Positions 57,553-64,000 of a stretch of DNA of 64,000 nt are shown here, in pieces. The position numbers and the translations under genes were made by a program. The notes under the pieces were generated by a model. The model had not been told where the DNA came from and searched no databases. It saw only the letters and a program-made list of their open reading frames with translations. Origin of the DNA: Acidobacteriota bacterium (GTDB lineage Bacteria; Acidobacteriota; UBA6911); contig JAFGIY010000199.1 of the NCBI GenBank assembly GCA_016929335.1, forward strand, positions 927 to 64,926. Direction: 5' to 3'. Each line of letters begins with the position of its first letter. Position 1 is the first letter of the stretch.

Positions 57553-60531
57553 TCAAGAAAGGTTTCTGCCTCTTCGCTGCCGAGGTTTCGCGGCCGCTTT
57601 CAGCAACTTCGAAGCGCGGCGAAGGCTCGCAGTGTCGGATCCCTCTGGAAGGTTTTTAAACATTTCCACGCCGCGTTGGGCAAGCAGAGTAATCTCATGT
57701 TTCCCGTATCGGTTCTTTGCATTCTCAATAGCGAGCGCATAGAAGCGGACCGCTTTTTCATGGTCACGGGCTGTTTCGAACAACAGAGCAAGACTTGCGG
57801 CAATTTCCCGGTGGCTTTCGACGTACTCGCTCTCAAGAGATTCGGCAACAGCCTTGCTTAAAGCTTCCCGCCGAGAAGCCGTCAATCCATCGTAGAGGCT
57901 ATTCTGGTAAAGCTCGTGAACGAAACGATAACGCAGGTTCAGCTTGCCGGAGGGCAGAGGGCGTTCCTCGACGCTTCTCACAAGCGAGTGCAGCCGCTCG
58001 AGGCTGTTCAGATGCTCTTCCACTTCCGCTGCATTCATGCCGAGAGATTGCGTTACAATCGCCGAATCGAAGTCGTTGCCTTGCACGCTCGCTGCAGCCA
58101 GAAGCCACTGATCCTCGTTACTCAGCTGTTCCAGTTTTTTCTGAATCAGGATTGGGAGCGACTCCGGCAAATCCCGTTCGATGTCTGCAAGCTTTCCATT
58201 CAGTGTCCAGCAGCCATCCCGGCGCATGATGGTGCCTCGATCCCGCAGATATCGCAGGAGCTCCACAGTGAAAAGCGGGTTGCCTCCAGTCCTCGTGTGA
58301 GCGACATCCGCAAAAGCATTTGGAAATCGATGATCGGAAAACTCTCCGGACAGGTATTGCACGATGTCGTCGCGCGAGAGGAATCCGAGCGCCAGATCCT
58401 GAGCGATGCCGCGGCGGGTCCATTCCAACATCAATGTGCCAAACGGATGACTGATAAAGGCAAGGGCCGATGGCCGATAGGTTGTGATTATCAGGCATCG
58501 CATCCTGCCGAGTCGCCCGGCAGCATGAGCCAGAAGATCCGCGGTGGAGGAATCTACCCAGTGCATGTCATCCAAGAACAGGATGATGGGATTGCTCCGG
58601 GAGACTTCATTCAGAAAGGCAATAAACTCGCGCTTCAGCTGCTGCCGTGACGCGGTTTTGACAGGCGTCGATTCTGCGTCGGCCGTTTTCAGCGGCGTGA
58701 TGAGTGCATGCCAGATGGGCGCAACGCGCCGCAATATCTCTGTCAGCGATCCCGTTTGATCGCCGCGAAGCAGACCGCGCAGCGCCTCAAAAACCGCGTA
58801 ATACGGCTCAGCCTGTGTCAGCCGCTCCGAACATCGGCCTCGCCCGATCCTGCACCTTTCTCCGTCATCGGCCAGTCTGGACAGGAACTCCTCGACGAGC
58901 GTAGTCTTGCCAAGCCCCGGTTCTCCCCCGATCGCCAGCAGCAGCCCGCGACCGCCGGTGACTTTGTCCCATACCGAACGCAACGCAGCGTGCTCGCGTT
59001 CGCGCCCCACTGTCGGCGGCGACTGCTGATCCAGCGGTTCCGTCGAGAACAGCTGGAATAGTTCCGCTTCCATTTCGACTGCGGGGCCTCCGGCAGCAGA
59101 TATTTTGGTCACCTTCTCAATGACATGAGTGAATCGTGCATCGGAACGCAGGCTCGCCAGAAGCCCGTCATGCAGCGAGAGGAACGGGATGTTCATGATT
59201 CCATAATCTATGGCGCGTTCCAGCCACGGGAATGCAGCGTCATGTTCTCCAAGCAAGGCATAACCCTCTGCCATCATCAACGAGTATATTTCATTCCATC
59301 GCGCGGCCTCTTCCAGTTGCGGAGTCAGGACCGCGAGAGCCTGTGCCTTCTCGCCATGTAATGCATTCTGGAAAAAGGACGCCAGCGCCGCGATGATATG
59401 ACCGGAGAGGCCGAGCTTTACCCGATCGGCAAGCCGGATTGCTTCGCCATAATTCCCGCTGAGCGCATGCAGCCATACGGCGAAAATCATGGATGGCGAA
59501 TTCGTGATCTCCATCTCCTGCTGGCATTCTTTCAGTGCCTCGGCTGCCGCCCGAAAATCCCCTTGAAATATGTGGAAGAATCCACGCGCTCCCCGAACTT
59601 CAGGGGTAAGTGGGTCGAGCTCCGCAGCCTTCTCGAGGAACTGGAGAGCGCTGTCCGGATCGGAACCGCCGGCTGCCAGAAGATACCCGAGAATGACGGC
59701 GGCACCCGCATGATTCGGATCGAGTTCAAGCGCTTTGCGTGCGCGCTTAATGGCGTTTCGCGGCTTGCCCCTCTGCATAAAAATGCAGGCCTGCAGATAC
59801 TGCGCAGCCGCTGAGTCGACATTGATGGAAAACGATTTTGTAGCACACCATTGTGCCCGTTGAAGAAGAACAGCGTAGGTGTCCGGCGCGGCACTCAACG
59901 CACGGATCGACTGCGTATAGGCCAGGCCTTTGCTTGTGCACAGCCCGTCATTGTCGCCGATAATTGCGAGACCGCTGTTCAGCAGATCCAGAACCTGGGT
60001 TAGAGAATCCCGGTCCGGCGTTCGGGAGAAGAGAGATTGTGCTTTGAGATAGCACTCATAGGCCTGCACATCGTCGAACGGCGCTGCTCCAAGTCTGCGG
60101 TCTTCTTCGGGACTAAGCGTCAGATTCAAAGCCTGAACTACTGAACGCGCGATCTTTTCCTGAAGGTCGAATATATCGGGTATTTCTCCGTCGAACTGCT
60201 CTGCCCGGAGTGGATTCCCGTCCTCTGTGTTGATGAGCTGCGCCGCTATGCGCAGGCTGGTGTCGCCTCTGAGCACGCTGCCCTGAACCACATAGCGGAC
60301 GCCGAGCTCGCGGCCGATTGTCTGGATGTTCTTCTGCGTTCCCTTCATTCTCCTGGTTGAGCCGCGGGAAATGACGCGAAGAGTCTGGAGCTTGGAGAGG
60401 TTGGAGGCAATTTCCTCCGCTACTCCATCACAGAAATATTCCTGCTCCGGATTACCGCTTATGTTGGTAAAGGGCAGGACGGCAATCGAAGGCATTCGCT
60501 GATGATTGGAGACTTTCCCGTATTCCGTCAC
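57553..60531 (-). CDS. STAND-like AAA_16 ATPase with an N-terminal TolB_N-like/TPR module and a C-terminal helical domain
   Basis: 992 aa. The N-terminus IAVLPFTNISGNPEQEYFCDGVAEEIASNLSKLQTLRVISRGS is followed by TPR-like helices. Walker A is GGEPGLGKTTL and Walker B is ILFLDDMHWVD. A winged-helix/helical C-terminus follows. I see no signal peptide or TM segment. Confidence 0.8.
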   Translation of the reverse strand: MTEYGKVSNHQRMPSIAVLPFTNISGNPEQEYFCDGVAEEIASNLSKLQTLRVISRGSTRRMKGTQKNIQTIGRELGVRYVVQGSVLRGDTSLRIAAQLINTEDGNPLRAEQFDGEIPDIFDLQEKIARSVVQALNLTLSPEEDRRLGAAPFDDVQAYECYLKAQSLFSRTPDRDSLTQVLDLLNSGLAIIGDNDGLCTSKGLAYTQSIRALSAAPDTYAVLLQRAQWCATKSFSINVDSAAAQYLQACIFMQRGKPRNAIKRARKALELDPNHAGAAVILGYLLAAGGSDPDSALQFLEKAAELDPLTPEVRGARGFFHIFQGDFRAAAEALKECQQEMEITNSPSMIFAVWLHALSGNYGEAIRLADRVKLGLSGHIIAALASFFQNALHGEKAQALAVLTPQLEEAARWNEIYSLMMAEGYALLGEHDAAFPWLERAIDYGIMNIPFLSLHDGLLASLRSDARFTHVIEKVTKISAAGGPAVEMEAELFQLFSTEPLDQQSPPTVGREREHAALRSVWDKVTGGRGLLLAIGGEPGLGKTTLVEEFLSRLADDGERCRIGRGRCSERLTQAEPYYAVFEALRGLLRGDQTGSLTEILRRVAPIWHALITPLKTADAESTPVKTASRQQLKREFIAFLNEVSRSNPIILFLDDMHWVDSSTADLLAHAAGRLGRMRCLIITTYRPSALAFISHPFGTLMLEWTRRGIAQDLALGFLSRDDIVQYLSGEFSDHRFPNAFADVAHTRTGGNPLFTVELLRYLRDRGTIMRRDGCWTLNGKLADIERDLPESLPILIQKKLEQLSNEDQWLLAAASVQGNDFDSAIVTQSLGMNAAEVEEHLNSLERLHSLVRSVEERPLPSGKLNLRYRFVHELYQNSLYDGLTASRREALSKAVAESLESEYVESHREIAASLALLFETARDHEKAVRFYALAIENAKNRYGKHEITLLAQRGVEMFKNLPEGSDTASLRRASKLLKAAAKPRQRRGRNLS

Positions 60532-60794
60532 AGCGCTCTTCCTCCTGTGCCAAAATGAAAAACAGCAAATACAAGCGGAAAGGAATGAAGCGAAAGGTGA
60601 GATGAACCCCTAATATTCTGCCGGTGTATCCTCCCGCCGTTTCTGATACTCCCCCAGTATTCCTCTAATCGATAGCATCTCTATCGCCTGCCGAAGGAGA
60701 TGACCCTGCCATCGGATTCTAGTACTTGAGCGCAGGCATATTATAGCGTTCCCGATAATTTAAGCCCATCTTCGTTTTTGGATCCTGCATCCGT

Positions 60795-61103
60795 TTATTT
60801 CAGTCCCTTCACATGCTCGGCAACGGCTTTTGCCTCATTGGCATTGATATTGACAACAGGCGTTTCGTGAACCGTTTTCCCGCTTTCGCCTTTAGTGATA
60901 AAAGCCACGAGTTTTTCGACGCTCATTGCGGTTCCTTTAACGGCAGGAATCTTCAGATCGGGGTATCCCTGTCCCCTGTCACCATGGCAGGAACCACATC
61001 TCGTTTTAAATATTTCGGCGCCGTCGAGTGCATTTTGAGCCCACAAGCATATGGGAAGCGCTATTAACACAACTGAAATAGCAATCATGCATGCATTCTT
61101 CAT
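60795..61103 (-). CDS. Class I c-type cytochrome (small, secreted)
   Basis: 102 aa with a signal peptide, the haem motif CGSCHG and a distal Met region (KGTAMS). AGGAGGTG precedes the ATG. Confidence 0.8.
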   Translation of the reverse strand: MKNACMIAISVVLIALPICLWAQNALDGAEIFKTRCGSCHGDRGQGYPDLKIPAVKGTAMSVEKLVAFITKGESGKTVHETPVVNINANEAKAVAEHVKGLK

Positions 61104-61113
61104 TTTTCACCTC

Positions 61114-61143
61114 CTATGGGGACACCGGTGACTGTCCCCATAG
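61114..61143. repeat. GGGGACACCGGTGACTGTCCCC element with an extended stem
   Basis: CTATGGGGACA-CCGGTGAC-TGTCCCCATAG has an 11-bp stem. It fills the 40-nt gap between the stop at 61144 and the cytochrome c start at 61103. Confidence 0.85.
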
Positions 61144-61722
61144 TTAGAAGGCATTCTCGGTTCTTCGTATGATATCGTTCTGGCAATCCCTGCTCAGTTC
61201 TACGAAATAGGCTGAATATCCTGCAATGCGAACGACGAGGTCTCGGTAGGAATCCGGGTCCTTCTGTGCGGCCCGCATGGTTTCCGAACTGATGATATTG
61301 TATTGAACCTCCATACCCCCTGAATTCAGGTATGCCCGGGTCATATCGCGCAGCTTGGCGATGCCATCCTCCCGGCTCAGGGCGGAGGGGTGAATTCTGA
61401 TGTTGAGCGCAAGACCGTCCATGAATTTGCTGTGGTCGTAGCATAGGGCTGACGCGAAAACGGCTGTGGGGCCGTTGCGGTCCCTTCCCTGTGCAGGTGA
61501 AGTTGCATCCGCCATAGGTTCGCCCGTCTTCCGGCCGTCAGGAGTTGCCCATGTATGATAGCCCTGAAATACATGGTCGGATGCGCTGTAGAGGCCGGCT
61601 TTGAAGTGGTTAGTCCTGGTGCTGCAGCACTCCTTGCATATTTCGTAGTAGGTATCGCAAACCCACCTGAATTCGTACATAAACTGCCGTCCTTCCGGGG
61701 CTAATGTACTATTTCTCTGCAA
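61144..61722 (-). pseudogene. C-terminal fragment of a glycyl radical enzyme (PFL/CutC-like). Either a truncated remnant or a stand-alone glycyl-radical domain.
   Basis: 192 aa: ATPDGRKTGEPMADATSPAQGRDRNGPTAV...MEVQYNIIS...AQKDPDSYRDLVVRIAGYSAYFVELSRDCQNDIIRRTE. This covers only the last quarter of a ~800-aa GRE. The next upstream gene ends 50 nt away, so no N-terminal part is present. Confidence 0.65.
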
Positions 61723-61772
61723 ATCAAGTAAAACATTATTAACGGACGCAGCGAACCGGCGCCGAAAAGGAT

Positions 61773-62921
61773 TTACTGGTACTGGATGTAGATGGGGCTC
61801 GGATTCAGGCGGAGCACTTGCTGGGGCGTAAGGAGCGGATCTCCCTGCTTCGTGTCGTTGTGATAAAAGAGCTTAAAGCCTGTATGCTGGACTGGCTCTT
61901 TTACGATGTAATCCCTGTAAGTATCTCTTTTCAGCCATGGCGCTCCCCATCCGTCCATGTTCATGACAAACTCCACCTCGGGATTGAGACGTATTTGCTT
62001 TGAATTGGTAACCATCATTCTGGTGAAGCGGTGTACGATGAGGACCTTCGGCGGAAGATTGTACTTCTTAACGATCTGCTGGAGGTACGTGGATGCATAG
62101 TTGATTTCGGAAGCGTCGCACGTGCCGATTTTGCTTCCAGGCGTTTTCCCGCTCCTATTAAGGTTGAATTCCGGGTCTATAGCGAGATGAACATCGGCAT
62201 TCTGCAGAATCCACTCGAAGCGGGGAAGAAGGTCGCGGATATCGTCATGTCCCGTCTGAATGTCGATGAACAGAATGGCATTAGCCTCTTTAGCCCAGCC
62301 ATACACTTCATTGACGATTTTATCGGGCATTACCATCCGGTATTTCCCCGCCTTCCCGGGTTCTTGCTGAGCGACAACTGCAATGAGATGGAGAGCCGGC
62401 TGGACGGGGTGAGTGGGATCTGCCTTCTCCCAGCGGTCGGCCTCGTTTTTTAGGCGACGGAGCATCTCTTCCTTCGGGTATTGCCCCAGCACTCCCATGC
62501 GCTTCGAAAGCGGATTGCCGTAATAGGCCACGATCCTTTTGTTAGCAAGGATTGAACCGGGCAGAGGCTGAGGATACTCTACCGGCCATCCATATCTTTT
62601 CGCAAACTCCGGATCCTCACCGGTAAGATATTTTGTCTTGCGGGGAATAGCCGCAGCTTTCAGCTGGTCTCCGGTGCGGAGGATTATTGTCGCAGGCGGT
62701 GGAGTGTGCGGTCGGGCAATCGGCGATGAGGCAGCCGTTATCTGCTTGCTCTGCGCCTTTTTGCTGTCGCTTTTGCCGGTGTCCGCCTTGTCTTCGCGTC
62801 CCGTGAACAGAACAATCAGCAATAGGAAGACAGGCAGTAATATATTTGCGGGACGCGATAGAAAAGCCCGACGCTTCAAATGCGAATTTGTGATTTCAGA
62901 TGCGGCCATTTCAGTTGCCAA
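61773..62921 (-). CDS. Hypothetical membrane-anchored or secreted protein
   Basis: 382 aa with an N-terminal TM/signal segment (ILLPVFLLLIVLFTG) and a Lys/Ser/Pro-rich linker. The ~280-aa globular domain is one I cannot place. Confidence 0.6.
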   Translation of the reverse strand: MATEMAASEITNSHLKRRAFLSRPANILLPVFLLLIVLFTGREDKADTGKSDSKKAQSKQITAASSPIARPHTPPPATIILRTGDQLKAAAIPRKTKYLTGEDPEFAKRYGWPVEYPQPLPGSILANKRIVAYYGNPLSKRMGVLGQYPKEEMLRRLKNEADRWEKADPTHPVQPALHLIAVVAQQEPGKAGKYRMVMPDKIVNEVYGWAKEANAILFIDIQTGHDDIRDLLPRFEWILQNADVHLAIDPEFNLNRSGKTPGSKIGTCDASEINYASTYLQQIVKKYNLPPKVLIVHRFTRMMVTNSKQIRLNPEVEFVMNMDGWGAPWLKRDTYRDYIVKEPVQHTGFKLFYHNDTKQGDPLLTPQQVLRLNPSPIYIQYQ

Positions 62922-63193
62922 AGCCTTGCTTTAAAGCCGGATACGTATTCGGCCCATCCGGCTATGACGATTGTGCTGTTGTTCACAAAACCGGTGATGG
63001 ACGGCGGCCGGATAAGTCGATCAAGCCTGTGCTTGTTTGACGATAAAGCGTTTGCACAGGCTTGTCTGATTATCGACGCATTCTGAGAGGGCAATTAACA
63101 AAAGGGATGGATGATTTGCAGTCGGTGGGCCATGTAGCGCAAATCCATATGGTTTCTTGACAATCAAATACATTTACCAGAATGTAAATACAC

Positions 63194-63280
63194 ATGATTC
63201 GATTTGAATGGAATGAATCTAAGAATTGGAGCAACAGGAAAAACATTGCATCGATATCTCAGCCCGCCGTGCAACTCGGT
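63194..63280 (+). pseudogene. BrnT (DUF497) toxin N-terminal stub
   Basis: MIRFEWNESKNWSNRK resembles the conserved BrnT start (..FEWDExKxxxNxxKHG..). Similarity stops after about 17 residues, and the frame runs straight into brnA. Confidence 0.4.
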
Positions 63281-63295
63281 ATGAAAGGAAGTTAT

Positions 63296-63562
63296 ATGCC
63301 CAGGCTATCGGCTGAAAAATGGAAAAAACTGGAGATACTCGCCGCTCGCCCGAACCGGGAAATCAATCTTTCAGATATCCCGGAAATCCGGGAAATACCA
63401 TCGGACCATGTCATCGGCAAGTTCTATCGGCCCAAAAAGGAGACGGTTACCATACGTCTCGACGCCGATGTCCTTGCCTGGCTGAAATCTACCGGCAGCG
63501 GCTATCAGACACGAATCAACAATTTCCTCCGCCTGCTGATGCAACGGAATCGCACACGATAA
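63296..63562 (+). CDS. brnA: BrnA-family antitoxin
   Basis: This is the same frame as ORF 63194..63562. The ATG at 63296 follows AAGGAAG. The product has INLSDIPEI...GKFYRPKKETVTIRLDADVLAWLKSTGSGYQTRINNFLR, matching the BrnA pattern. Confidence 0.8.
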   Translation: MPRLSAEKWKKLEILAARPNREINLSDIPEIREIPSDHVIGKFYRPKKETVTIRLDADVLAWLKSTGSGYQTRINNFLRLLMQRNRTR

Positions 63563-63584
63563 CGTAACGATGGAGGCGTAACTA

Positions 63585-64000
63585 ATGCTTTTGTGGATCA
63601 AATTCTTTGGCACCCTAATCATTGTGAATTTGGTCCTATGCTTGCCTTCTGTCCTTGCTACACAAAATGAAACCAACTCACCGGCAGCGGTTCCGACTAA
63701 TCTCGAAGAATGCTTTGCCGCCCTTAAGAAGGAATTAACGGCAGAGCAAATTTCAGCTATGAAGGCGAAAACTGAATCGGACATGATCGAATACCATTTC
63801 AGTCTCGGTATGTGGATGCGGAATCAGTGGGGATTATGGGGAAATGGTCCTCTGGCCAAGTATTTCGAAAAAATGGGACTTCACCATCCAGATGATATGT
63901 CGGGTGTGATCCTTACAACGTTTTGGCGGCATCTGAATCAAAAGCCGTTGAATGTATCTGCTGAGGTCGCTCACTATCAAGCGCACTGGTTCAAGGAAGC
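63585..64000 (+). CDS. Partial CDS (runs off the right edge): secreted hypothetical protein, possibly DUF6794-like
   Basis: My own translation from the ATG at 63585 gives MLLWIKFFGTLIIVNLVLCLPSVLATQNETNSPAAVPTNLEECFAALKKELTAEQISAMKAKTESDMIEYHFSLGMWMRNQWGLWGNGPLAKYFEKMGLHHPDDMSGVILTTFWRHL.... It is open to the window end and is not in the ORF track. Confidence 0.55.
   Translation, partial: MLLWIKFFGTLIIVNLVLCLPSVLATQNETNSPAAVPTNLEECFAALKKELTAEQISAMKAKTESDMIEYHFSLGMWMRNQWGLWGNGPLAKYFEKMGLHHPDDMSGVILTTFWRHLNQKPLNVSAEVAHYQAHWFKE

Noticed and set aside
1-64000. Searched by eye for rRNA genes, tRNA genes, transposases, integrases, phage genes, cas genes and recognisable defence islands.
   Set aside because: None were recognised. 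Apart from the right-hand ~1 kb (TA remnant) and the repeat elements, the window reads as core chromosome.

Overview
All homology calls here come from reading the translations and from memory of protein families; no searches were run. The window is a gene-dense, mostly housekeeping chromosomal segment of a Gram-negative bacterium. It is probably Acidobacteriota. That is an inference from a TIGR03436-type VWFA protein with the C-terminal YYLGYYPS...GYYA signature, a CarboxypepD_reg-type TonB-dependent receptor, and giant Kelch/beta-propeller secreted proteins.

Core genes I recognise:
- Central metabolism and cofactors: pgi, an LDH/MDH-family dehydrogenase, folC, fsa/tal, nadK, larB, ppk2, ispA and a purS-purL fusion with purQ.
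- Replication, transcription and translation: the dnaG-rpoD pair plus a second RpoD-like sigma factor, rpsO-pnp, an EF-P-family gene, an AlaX-type editing protein, tlyA, xseA-xseB and a DUF721 protein.
- Proteolysis, envelope and transport: hslVU, dacB (PBP4), a processive GT2, corA, maf and a cyclophilin.

I saw no rRNA, tRNA, CRISPR array, transposase, integrase or phage genes.

The most unusual signal is non-coding. Many intergenic gaps carry short-period tandem repeats arranged as inverted arms that could form hairpins.
- The 7-nt families are GTTTCCN, ATTGACG/ATTTACG, CAGTCGG and TTATGAG.
- A 9-nt family is built on CACGAANNN.
- A 22-nt palindromic element has the form GGGGACAC(T/C)GGTGACTGTCCCC.
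- These elements abut start and stop codons. Twice they supply the last codons of a gene (xseA and the DUF721 gene), and one pair brackets a single gene like a cassette.

Notable proteins:
- a Tes/GDGT-MAS-like class D radical SAM enzyme
- a cyclophilin that looks strikingly like eukaryotic CypA
- an EF-P with an EfpL/YeiP-type Arg loop
- a 1,562-aa protein with three beta-propellers
- a STAND-like ATPase with unusual domain order

Three apparent gene remnants are also present: a glycyl-radical C-terminal fragment, a BrnT toxin stub upstream of an intact brnA, and a GH26-like N-terminal stub.
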